This document shows positions 56,097 to 64,000 of a stretch of 64,000 nt of DNA, piece by piece. The translations under genes were made by a program, and so were the position numbers. The DNA is from an uncultured Poribacteria bacterium. Its GTDB lineage: Bacteria > Poribacteria > WGA-4E > WGA-3G. Location: contig OY282383.1 of the NCBI GenBank assembly GCA_958295855.1, positions 106,707 through 170,706 of the forward strand, written 5' to 3'. The notes under the pieces are model-generated. The model saw nothing but the letters and a program-made list of their open reading frames with translations. It was not told the DNA's origin and ran no database searches. The stretch's first letter is position 1; each line of letters opens with the position of its first letter.

Positions 56097-59000
56097 AATA
56101 TTGGGTGATAGCCCCAATGGAATCTACTACGCCCGAAGAACTATTCCAGACAGCTTGGGAATATGACAAACGCCATGGGACAATCGCTGTGGGATTTCCG
56201 TCAGGGCCAGCACCGGTATCTTCGGAGGTTTCTGATCTTTCAATTGTTACGCATGTGAACTGTGGTAGTTTTGACGATTTTCAGCGTAGTTTTAAGGCTC
56301 TTAAGGAGCAGGGTGAGCTTGAGTGGGGTCCCCGCGCACCGAAAATGATTTGGGAATTCCATCGCGAAATTCAGCCAGGTGACAAAGTTATCGCGCGGCG
56401 TGGGTTAAGCACGATTCTAGGCATCGGTACTGTGACAAAAACCGCCTACTACGATTTTACCAAAGGCAGCGCCCGAATTGGAGTATCCTCTCCAACTACA
56501 GCAACAGCAGAAACCCCTGACGAGAGCTTCACAGCACCTCAAACTGCAGGAGCAGACCCCCGGGCTAGCCCTGACGAAAGACCAATTCCTGATACTCACT
56601 ACCCATACTTCCGTCCGCGGTTTATAGAGGTTGACTGGGAGCACACCGGAGAGTTCTCAGCGAAGTTAGGATGGAGACGCAGCGTTCAGGAAATAACGCG
56701 CGAACAATTTGATTTTTCGTTGGGCTCAGCACCGGAGCTTCAGGCTGTAGTTGCTGCCCACCCGCAACCACAAGGCTCGGTTTCCCCTACGGAACCTTCC
56801 CGCCCGCCCGGTTCCTTGACACCTACAGTGCCGACACCGCGGGAGCAAGGTGGACAGGCACAAGGCTCGGTTTCCCCTACGACAACGCCCACAGAACACG
56901 CAGGCACGAGACCGGCCCCTACAAATGTCCGCTCTACAACGCCAAAGGCGATTCTTCCTACAGCAACAGCAGAAACCCCTGACGACATCTCCACAGGACT
57001 TCAAACTACAGGGGCGGGTACTGGTGCTGGCCCTGACGAAAGACCGAACTATTACATCGGCATCGACCTAGGTACTACCAATTCGGTAATGGGATGGGGT
57101 ACGCTCAACCCACAAACCAACAAATTAGAACCGAAGGTTGTGGAGATTAACATGATGATTGAACGCGGTGGCATGGGCAAAAAGGAGTTGTTACCTTCCT
57201 GTGTCTATTTCAAGGAAGAAAGCCCGCCAATTGTCGGCGAATACGCCAAAACGATGATTGGCAGACAGACGAACCGCGTTGTAAAATCTATTAAGAGCGA
57301 GATGGGCACCCAGAGACGGTTCCACTTCAATAACACGTCCTACGATGCCTCCACGATTTCGTCGCAGATTCTCAAGCACCTCGTTTCCAGCGCGAAAGCC
57401 TTATTTGGCTTTACACCTGATGATGTAGTCATTACCGTGCCTGCCTCCTTTGATTCCGATATGCGGGCAGCCACGATTGAAGCGGCGAAGCTCGCAGGAT
57501 TCCGCACCCAAGAGGACGATGGAAGTCCGCGCAACATTCTGCTTGATGAACCTCGTGCCGCACTCTATGATTTCATCAACAGGCAGAACAAAGGCGAAAT
57601 CCCGGAAACGCTCATTAACTTCCACCAACCGCAGCTTGTCCTCGTTTTTGATTTAGGAGGCGGAACACTAGATGTGTCCTTACACCGCGTCTCTTATCAG
57701 CAAGAACAATATAGGTTGAATATCGAAGACCTGGCAATCTCGCGCTATACACAAATCGGTGGAGATGACTTCGATGCCAAACTCGCAGAGCACTTTTTAG
57801 CGGCTTATGCGAACAGGCTCCCCGATAACCTTGACGACTTCCAGATGAATCTGCTTAAAAGCACATTCCGAGAATACGCAGAACAGGCAAAAATTGATTT
57901 AAGCAGTGAAGTTGAAACTGGCAAATTAATGGGATATTTTGATGCAGAGACGGTGGAAGCCGCGATTATTCAAACACCCTTTGAAAATCAGGTGTTTCAA
58001 TACGATTTGACGCTGTCTGAATATGAGGAGGTCGTCGAACCCTTGCTCGCCAGCCACCTGACGCTACAGTCTGTTAATCAACTTGACAAGCTACCAGCAG
58101 GGGAGGGGGGGAAAGCCTGCGATAATATCATCTATCCCATCCTTGATGTGTTACAAAAGGCACAGCGGAAGCTCGGGAGCATGCCCAACGTGGATGCTGT
58201 TCTGCTGAATGGCGGGATGACAAAACTCCATACGATTCAGCAACGCTTGGAAACTTTGTTCGGATTTCCACCAATCGCCGCGGGCGACCCGGATAAAGCA
58301 GTCGCGCGGGGCGCGGTTGTCTATCACTACGATTTACACCGCGGCATTAAACCCGCTCGCATTCTGAACGATACTATCGGCATTGAAATCGCCGGAGGCA
58401 GAGTTAAACCACTTGTTGAGGCGGGAACTATTCTCCCGTTGTCTCAGCCTAAGCCAATTGACGGCTTACAGGTCAGCGACGGCGCACCTTCACTAAGGCT
58501 GCCCTTCTACCTCGGCAGCCGAAACGATACCAACCCTCCCAATCGCCGCATTCTTGAGCGGAATGTTCGGTTTCAACGCCCCCTTCTTAAAAATGAACCG
58601 ATTTTTTTACAGGTACAGGTGGACGAACGCGGTATTATGAATGTAGAAGGCTGGCCTAAGGCCAACCCGAAGGAAAGATTTACGGTAAGTGTAGACTCCA
58701 CCCAGCCGCCCGCAGCGGAGCGGGAGGGTTCTGTCCAGGGGTATGTTTCCCCGCAAAGCGGGGCAACCTACAAAAGCCAGACCGAATCCCGTGTTGACAC
58801 ACAGAGGGGGGGACTTCGCGCCCAGGTGGCAATTCCCCCTGCAAAGCAGGGGGAACCTCGGCAGGCACGAGACCGGCCCCTACATTCGCAGAAAGTTTCC
58901 GAGTCAACAGCGGAGGGGGGCAGTGGGCAGGCACGAGACCGGCCCCTACATTCGCAAATGGAACCTGGTGCTATCCTAGATGTGCGATATGAATTGGCGG

Positions 59001-59905
59001 AGATGAAGAAAAACTTCTCATATTATCTGAGAACGTATCAGATTAACCGCAAAAAGGCAATTATGGAGCAGGTTACCCGGCAACGCACCAAAATTTCCCG
59101 CGCCCAGAACGCGGAAGAGTTTATTAGCCCCCTCCTCGACAACATTGACTACGTTAATAACTTTGGGAAAGCGAGAATGATGGTGTTATTGGGAGACCTG
59201 GCGAGCAGTTGCTCAGATACAGATCTGCTTTACGATATTTGTGATGCCGCCATTGCGTTGAGCAACCCCGAAGAGATTAAATACAGACACCCCCAGGTTA
59301 TCAAGACTGTCATTAGATACGCTGTCGAAGCGATTGGGAAAACGCGGCTTCCCATTGCGGAATCGCACCTCATTAACCTCCTTACGCAAGAAACCCCGAT
59401 TGCTGTCCGCCCGAGTGCTGTATATTCTATTGGGAAATGTTGTCATAGCCTCAACGCAATCGAGCACCTAAAGCCTCTGATTAAATACGGATTAGCCGCA
59501 GACCGCATCGCTATCAATTGGGCGTTTGGAAAAATGGGGAGTCGTGAACATGAGAGGCCCCTGCCAATCGAACAACTTGAACCTGTCGTCTCCATCCTCA
59601 TGGAGCAGCTGCGAACCGAATCTCACAACGACGTAAAGCGGAACGGCATTTACGCCTTAGGTGAAATTTGCGATCGGCGCGACTGCGCAGCCGATGTTAT
59701 CGCTGTAGAAAGAGGCGCTGCAGTGATTGAACAGCTTGAACTGTTCCTAAATTTCCGGAGGGATGGAAGTCTGTCCGAGTTGGCGAATATGCAGCAACAT
59801 CGGATGCTCCAGCGGTTTGCAGGAGTGTCTATTCAGATGATAAAAGGGACTCAGCTATCTGCTGAGCAGGAAACGAGCCTGCTCACGATTCGATCGGAAA
59901 ACTAA
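56093..59905 (+). CDS. 1270-aa fusion: N-terminal PUA/EVE-like domain, complete Hsp70 (NBD plus SBD-beta) and C-terminal HEAT-like repeats
   Basis: Hsp70 motifs are IGIDLGTTNSV, VVITVPASFDSDMRAATIEAAKLAGF, LLDEPRAA, LVFDLGGGTLDVSL, IGGDDFD, VLLNGGMTKLHTI and DPDKAVARGAV. The beta-sandwich-like region is TIGIEIAGGRVKPLVEAGTILP. The C-terminus has repeated AV..L/IG helical pairs. The N-terminus reads MKYWVIAP..WEYDKRHGTIAVGF...IQPGDKVIARRG...ILGIGTVT...FIEVDW. Confidence 0.75.
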   Translation: MKYWVIAPMESTTPEELFQTAWEYDKRHGTIAVGFPSGPAPVSSEVSDLSIVTHVNCGSFDDFQRSFKALKEQGELEWGPRAPKMIWEFHREIQPGDKVIARRGLSTILGIGTVTKTAYYDFTKGSARIGVSSPTTATAETPDESFTAPQTAGADPRASPDERPIPDTHYPYFRPRFIEVDWEHTGEFSAKLGWRRSVQEITREQFDFSLGSAPELQAVVAAHPQPQGSVSPTEPSRPPGSLTPTVPTPREQGGQAQGSVSPTTTPTEHAGTRPAPTNVRSTTPKAILPTATAETPDDISTGLQTTGAGTGAGPDERPNYYIGIDLGTTNSVMGWGTLNPQTNKLEPKVVEINMMIERGGMGKKELLPSCVYFKEESPPIVGEYAKTMIGRQTNRVVKSIKSEMGTQRRFHFNNTSYDASTISSQILKHLVSSAKALFGFTPDDVVITVPASFDSDMRAATIEAAKLAGFRTQEDDGSPRNILLDEPRAALYDFINRQNKGEIPETLINFHQPQLVLVFDLGGGTLDVSLHRVSYQQEQYRLNIEDLAISRYTQIGGDDFDAKLAEHFLAAYANRLPDNLDDFQMNLLKSTFREYAEQAKIDLSSEVETGKLMGYFDAETVEAAIIQTPFENQVFQYDLTLSEYEEVVEPLLASHLTLQSVNQLDKLPAGEGGKACDNIIYPILDVLQKAQRKLGSMPNVDAVLLNGGMTKLHTIQQRLETLFGFPPIAAGDPDKAVARGAVVYHYDLHRGIKPARILNDTIGIEIAGGRVKPLVEAGTILPLSQPKPIDGLQVSDGAPSLRLPFYLGSRNDTNPPNRRILERNVRFQRPLLKNEPIFLQVQVDERGIMNVEGWPKANPKERFTVSVDSTQPPAAEREGSVQGYVSPQSGATYKSQTESRVDTQRGGLRAQVAIPPAKQGEPRQARDRPLHSQKVSESTAEGGSGQARDRPLHSQMEPGAILDVRYELAEMKKNFSYYLRTYQINRKKAIMEQVTRQRTKISRAQNAEEFISPLLDNIDYVNNFGKARMMVLLGDLASSCSDTDLLYDICDAAIALSNPEEIKYRHPQVIKTVIRYAVEAIGKTRLPIAESHLINLLTQETPIAVRPSAVYSIGKCCHSLNAIEHLKPLIKYGLAADRIAINWAFGKMGSREHERPLPIEQLEPVVSILMEQLRTESHNDVKRNGIYALGEICDRRDCAADVIAVERGAAVIEQLELFLNFRRDGSLSELANMQQHRMLQRFAGVSIQMIKGTQLSAEQETSLLTIRSEN

Positions 59906-60060
59906 TTTTTCGTAAGGTCTTTCGGCCTTGCCTAGCACTGGTGCTTCTCGCTGTAGTTTGAAGTTGCTTGTAGCTCTCGTCGGAGGTTTCTGATTTTTAC
60001 ACACGGCGCAATGAACAAAAGGGGGAGATAGTTGCCTTGCTTTGCAGGGAAACTATTCGT
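59906..60060. repeat. Mosaic intergenic array (types G, F in reverse, and a degenerate B)
   Basis: 59924-59994 is the reverse complement of 54649-54718. Confidence 0.8.
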
Positions 60061-60070
60061 TGCAAAAAAT

Positions 60071-61297
60071 ATGGCAACATTAGCAATAAACGGCGGCGAA
60101 CCTGTCCGCACCAAACCTTATCCCACTTGGCCCACCCTCGATGCAACAGACCTTGGCGCATTTGAGAACATCTATAACAGTGGGCAATGGGGTGTCGGTG
60201 GCGCAAAGGTTCCTGAGTTTGAGAAACAGTTTGCTGAATTCCAAAGTGCAAACTACGGCATTTGTGTTAATAGCGGAACCTCCGCACTCTACATTGCCCT
60301 CAAAGCGGCAGGCGTTTGCCCCGGCGATGAAGTGATTACGACACCTTACACCTTTCAAGCCACAGTCGTCGCAATTCTGATGACACACGCTGTGCCAGTT
60401 TTTGTGGACACCGCACAGGATAGCTTTCTGTTAGACGCTTCTAAAGTTGAATCGGCGATAACTGAAAAGACTCAAGCCATCTTGCCGGTCCATATTGCAG
60501 GGTACCCAGCAGATTTGGATGCGTTAGTTGACATCGCTAATCGGCATAACCTTAAAGTGATTGAAGATTGCGCGCAGGCACACGGTGCCGAATGGCGGGG
60601 GCGAGGTGTCGGTAGTTGGGGGCATTTCGGATGCTTTAGTTTCCAGTCCTCCAAAAACCTTTGCGCTGGTGAAGGGGGAATCGTCTTGATAAACGACCGG
60701 AAACTCTATGAACGTGCCTGGGCACTGCATAACTGCGGCCGCACACCGCCGGATGCTGAATTCGGTGACATAGAACCGTTCGGTGGAAATTTCAGGATGA
60801 CCGAATGGCAAGCTGGGCTTCTCCTCTCTCGTTTGACCCGGCTTGAGGAGGAAACCAACTACCGCCACATGAACATGCGGTGGTTGGATGGCTGGTTTGG
60901 CGAAATTCCGGGCATCAAGGTTACCCCGCTGGACCCGCGCGCAACACGGGGCGGTTCTCACGGCTATAAGGCGATTTTTGATTCCGAGGAATTTGAGAAC
61001 ATTTCACGTGAAACGTTCCTCCGCGCACTGCGTGCCGAAGGGATACCGATGGGATATTGGTACAACACACCCATGTATCGTGCTGCCTTTCTAACCTCTA
61101 ACCTCTTTGGGCAAAGCCTCGATTATTCCCATGTCCATTGCCCGGAAACCGAGAAGTTGTGTCAAACAGGGATTTCCCTCGGACAAAATGTCTTAATGGG
61201 GAACGAAGAGGACATGGAGGACATCATTAAGGCAGCGATAAAAATCCGCCGCAACGTGGGGGAATTATTTTCGTCAATTCGCCATGCGCCCGGTTAG
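60071..61297 (+). CDS. DegT/DnrJ/EryC1/StrS-family PLP-dependent sugar aminotransferase
   Basis: INGGEPVR, FE..FA, NSGTSALYIAL, EDCAQAHGA, and FSFQSSKNL (the PLP lysine). Start at the ATG at 60071. The last 10 codons and the stop lie in a type G module. Confidence 0.85.
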   Translation: MATLAINGGEPVRTKPYPTWPTLDATDLGAFENIYNSGQWGVGGAKVPEFEKQFAEFQSANYGICVNSGTSALYIALKAAGVCPGDEVITTPYTFQATVVAILMTHAVPVFVDTAQDSFLLDASKVESAITEKTQAILPVHIAGYPADLDALVDIANRHNLKVIEDCAQAHGAEWRGRGVGSWGHFGCFSFQSSKNLCAGEGGIVLINDRKLYERAWALHNCGRTPPDAEFGDIEPFGGNFRMTEWQAGLLLSRLTRLEEETNYRHMNMRWLDGWFGEIPGIKVTPLDPRATRGGSHGYKAIFDSEEFENISRETFLRALRAEGIPMGYWYNTPMYRAAFLTSNLFGQSLDYSHVHCPETEKLCQTGISLGQNVLMGNEEDMEDIIKAAIKIRRNVGELFSSIRHAPG

Positions 61298-61680
61298 GTT
61301 TTTTGTTGTTATGGAGATTTTCTACGTAGGTTTCCGTTTGATCTGACAGATTCAAACTTTTTGCATTTAGTGAAGAAATTTCTACTATCCTTTTTACGGC
61401 TTGGGGACTCTATATAAGCAAATCGGTCTTTCATCAATTCGCCAGCGTCCGATTAGGTGACATTGGGTGGGGTATGTCCTTTACGTAAGCCGTTTTGTCC
61501 AGGTGGTATTAACCCCTGCAAAGCAGGGGCAACATGCCAGTGTCCAAAACTTATTGCATTTGTGAAGAAATTTCTACTATCCTTTTTACGGCTTGGGGAC
61601 TCTATATAAGCAAATGGGTGTATTTTAAATTTTTGCTTGCAACGAGTGGGCAGGCACAAGGCACTGCCCCTACAGAGGAG
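61298..61680. repeat. Mosaic intergenic array with an internal about 70-bp direct repeat
   Basis: ttgcattt(a)gtgaagaaatttctactatcctttttacggcttggggactctatataagcaaat occurs at about 61362-61428 and 61553-61617. Types G, B and E are also present. Confidence 0.8.
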
Positions 61681-61686
61681 ACAACC

Positions 61687-62232
61687 ATGTCTAACGCACA
61701 CGAATCCCAAAAGGAAATTCGACGAATTCTACGGTTATTGGAAACCACAGCGCGGCTTATAGAAACTTCAACTATTACGGACGAGTTTTCCGGTGGCGAA
61801 GAACGATGCGCGCAGCAGTTCAACAACGCGCTAGCCCGCCTAAGCTACCTGGAGGCTGTACCTAACGGATTGTTTGAACCGTTGGGAAGCGGGGCCGCTT
61901 TTGGCGATATTTGCTTCGCATGCCATCAGGTCGCCGCGTATCTCAAAGACGGACTGGCTGATGAGTTTGACTTTGCCCAGGTGAAGAAGGCGATTGGTGA
62001 CGAGTTAAAAGATGTACAAGAAGTCGTACGCCAATCCGTGCCCTCCTTCTTCAAAGACGTATGGGGGAGCTCAGCGGAAGAAACAGACGCTGCGAAACCT
62101 GAAACCGTCGAGGTTACCTCGGAAGAGGATGGAGAGGGAGCAACAGCGGACTCTGTTAAAGAACGCCTCGCGAGACTAGAAGGGCAGATGGAAACTGTTG
62201 TGGAGATACTCCAAGAGCTTCGGACGCAATAA
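61687..62232 (+). CDS. Hypothetical acidic helical protein (181 aa)
   Basis: The ATG at 61687 follows gaggagacaacc. The upstream part of the ORF-track call is repeat DNA. No family recognised. Confidence 0.5.
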   Translation: MSNAHESQKEIRRILRLLETTARLIETSTITDEFSGGEERCAQQFNNALARLSYLEAVPNGLFEPLGSGAAFGDICFACHQVAAYLKDGLADEFDFAQVKKAIGDELKDVQEVVRQSVPSFFKDVWGSSAEETDAAKPETVEVTSEEDGEGATADSVKERLARLEGQMETVVEILQELRTQ

Positions 62233-62448
62233 GTTTTTCGTTAATTCGCCATGCGCTCGGTTAGGTGAATGCACGTCGCTTATGGGCGCAGTGGTATATT
62301 ACCCCTGCAAAGCAGGGGAAACCGATACCATTACGCCGCAAAATTGGCAAATTTTCGTAAGGTTCAGCTTCAGGGGTTCCTGCTGTAGCGTGAATTGCTG
62401 GTGCTGGGCTTTACGAAAAAGCAGTTTCATCAATTGAGTTTCTGCTCC

Positions 62449-62570
62449 GATTTTTCCGTTGATTGCTTTTTCCGCAAGGAACCGGGCGGGAGGGAAGCAA
62501 AGCGGGGGAAGAAGCTGCTCAAAATCGGGTTTCTTATTGGTTCTATGGCGTTTTGTGCGAATTAACGAAA
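62449..62570. repeat. About 122-bp composite repeat, copy 1
   Basis: gatttttccgttgattgctttttcc(g/c)caaggaaccgggcgggagggaagcaaagcgggg...aaaatcgggtttcttatt(g/c)gttctatggcgttttgtgcgaattaacgaaa. The second copy is at 63427-63549. Confidence 0.85.
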
Positions 62571-62720
62571 AGAAGCCAGCATGGGCAATTTACAATTCAC
62601 AACGTCTATACAAGGGGTTTGGAAAATTTATACGCCGCGCGAGGCAAGATATAACCTCCAAACCCAACATTCAATACCAAACGACACGACAGATGTCCAG
62701 GCACAATAGGAGCGTTCACA

Positions 62721-63377
62721 GTGTTGAAACAGCTTTTAACCAACCGCCTCTTTATAGGGGCACTTGCGTTTTTCGTCATTTTTGTTGTCGGATGCGTGCT
62801 TTATCTCCGCCACGTCGAACGCGAAGCACAACAGGGGGTAGAACACTCCCAAGAAGCCCGCAAGCGATGGGAAAAACGCAACGCCCAAACGCAAACCGCA
62901 ACGCCGCAGGAGACAGCGAACACCGGCAACACGGGGCCACCACCGCCACTCGCCGACGACACCTCGCAGGGTGGACATTTCCATGAAGACGGAACAGGGC
63001 ACGCGGAACCACACAAACAGCAGCCAGGCACTGCAAACCCTGAGACAGATAGCCTCACGCCCGAGGAATTAAAAGAACTCAACCGTATCCTAAATACAGA
63101 AGGGTTCAAACGTGAGAAACTCTCCCAAAGACAGTTGTTACATCTGAGCAGAGTCGGGTTACACTGGGATTATCTCTCGCCAGAACAACAGAGACAGGTG
63201 GAGATAGATAATTATGCTCAAAAAGGGTTAAACCCACCACCTGACGGATACCGTTACAATATGCAAACATCAGGACTTCCGGTATTAGATGAAAACGGGA
63301 ACGCCATCATCATAAAAGAAGACGAACCCTCAATACGAAAATCATTCGGAGGATATTTATTAAATGATTCAAAATAG
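62721..63377 (+). CDS. Hypothetical N-terminally anchored protein (218 aa)
   Basis: GTG start and TM LFIGALAFFVIFVVGCVLYL. Basic and His/Pro-rich linker. No family recognised. Confidence 0.45.
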   Translation: MLKQLLTNRLFIGALAFFVIFVVGCVLYLRHVEREAQQGVEHSQEARKRWEKRNAQTQTATPQETANTGNTGPPPPLADDTSQGGHFHEDGTGHAEPHKQQPGTANPETDSLTPEELKELNRILNTEGFKREKLSQRQLLHLSRVGLHWDYLSPEQQRQVEIDNYAQKGLNPPPDGYRYNMQTSGLPVLDENGNAIIIKEDEPSIRKSFGGYLLNDSK

Positions 63378-63426
63378 TTTTTCGTCAATTGGGTTTCAAG
63401 GGTAGGCACAAGGCACTACCCCTACG

Positions 63427-63549
63427 GATTTTTCCGTTGATTGCTTTTTCCCCAAGGAACCGGGCGGGAGGGAAGCAAAGCGGGGAATGCACCCTCTGCA
63501 AAATCGGGTTTCTTATTCGTTCTATGGCGTTTTGTGCGAATTAACGAAA
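63427..63549. repeat. About 122-bp composite repeat, copy 2
   Basis: Direct repeat of 62449-62570. Only the central about 20 nt differ. Confidence 0.85.
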
Positions 63550-64000
63550 TTGCTTTTTTGGCAGTGCTCCTTTTATCTCCTGTAGCCTATAGCGTATGGA
63601 GAGTCAATGGAGAAGTGACGTTCTCCAACCAATCCATATTTTCAGTCCCGAGTGCGTAGACGACACTCTCCATAGCACAGACACGCACCCATCTTATGTC
63701 AAATCCTTCTTCAGAAGGAACACCGACACATCTTACGCCAAGCCCAGCAGCACCTGCCCTCGATTATCCCAGCTGCGCTGGGCAATTGGCAACCCGAGAC
63801 CGGTTTCCCCTACAAATAATTTTAGAAGGTACGCTCAATCCCCCAAAAGAGCATTTGGTTGATTGATGGCGAAGAGGGGGAATCAAGTGGAAACGCAAAT
63901 TCAACCCGGAATATGTCCGCTGCGCTGATCTTGGCAAACCCCCCCCGTAGTCCAAATCCAACACTCCGCTTCGGTGCTGTCAGGTTGAATGTGTCTTGTC

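Noticed and set aside
62459-62986. A 175-aa ORF, and the 63-aa and 72-aa ORFs starting MLFPQGTGREGSKAG (62463 and 63441).
   Set aside because: They start inside the 122-bp direct repeats and overlap the better-supported 62721-63377 gene in another frame. Their Arg-rich composition is typical of out-of-frame GC-rich DNA.
1-64000. tRNA, rRNA, tmRNA or RNase P genes.
   Set aside because: No T-loop or acceptor-like signatures (GGTTCGAATCC-type) and no rRNA-like conserved blocks were noticed in the non-coding regions. This visual scan is not exhaustive, and tRNAscan/Infernal would settle it.
63596-64000. Small ORFs at the right edge (88 aa on the plus strand, 66 aa on the minus strand).
   Set aside because: They overlap each other and a degenerate type E module, and have no RBS or family signal. 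The region is left unannotated.

Overview
This is a 64 kb bacterial chromosomal segment of about 50% GC with dense coding on both strands. I cannot place it taxonomically. The sulfatase, xylose-isomerase-like TIM barrels, TPR and FN3 proteins and the many atypical membrane proteins fit a Planctomycetota- or Poribacteria-like heterotroph, but that is a guess. I found no rRNA, tRNA or CRISPR by eye.

Recognisable content, left to right:
- A defence-like left end: a TatD-family hydrolase convergent with a 1055-aa Eco57I-type N6-adenine DNA methyltransferase.
- A sugar kinase / ROK / SIS cluster.
- An NfeD x2 - FloA x2 flotillin operon.
- A peptidoglycan amidase with an L-Ala-D/L-Glu epimerase, then an SDR, a sulfatase and a sugar-phosphate isomerase.
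- A translationally coupled TPR plus PD-(D/E)XK-like gene pair.
- A tight four-gene operon of uncharacterised membrane proteins.
- aroB and aroK.
- An IS607-type tnpA/tnpB element sitting between two paralogous GNAT genes.
- An ArnT/PMT-like glycosyltransferase, adk and a class-I xylose isomerase homologue.
- A 1226-aa Omp85-family fusion protein.
- A GcvT/YgfZ-like protein, a tandem Usp, and a TatT-DctP pair.
- A 1.4 kb tandem duplication of secreted or anchored proteins.
- A corrinoid methyl-transfer module: B12 protein, RACo-like activator and an Hcy-methyltransferase domain.
- trpF, a DUF402 protein and a beta-CASP MBL hydrolase.
- A GrpE-like gene coupled to a 1270-aa PUA/EVE-like-Hsp70-HEAT fusion.
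- A DegT aminotransferase and a few hypotheticals.

The most striking global property is a large family of short GC-rich hairpin modules. They are concatenated into mosaic (BIME-like) intergenic arrays. They also occur in frame inside many otherwise conserved genes, much like Rickettsia palindromic elements (RPEs).

The best candidates for something new are:
- the GrpE-like / Hsp70 fusion pair;
- the apparently immobilised IS607 element, where TnpA lacks the nucleophile serine and TnpB lacks the zinc-finger cysteines;
- the four-gene membrane operon;
- the mosaic duplication with a hypervariable core.

All family assignments come from motifs read by eye, with no database search.
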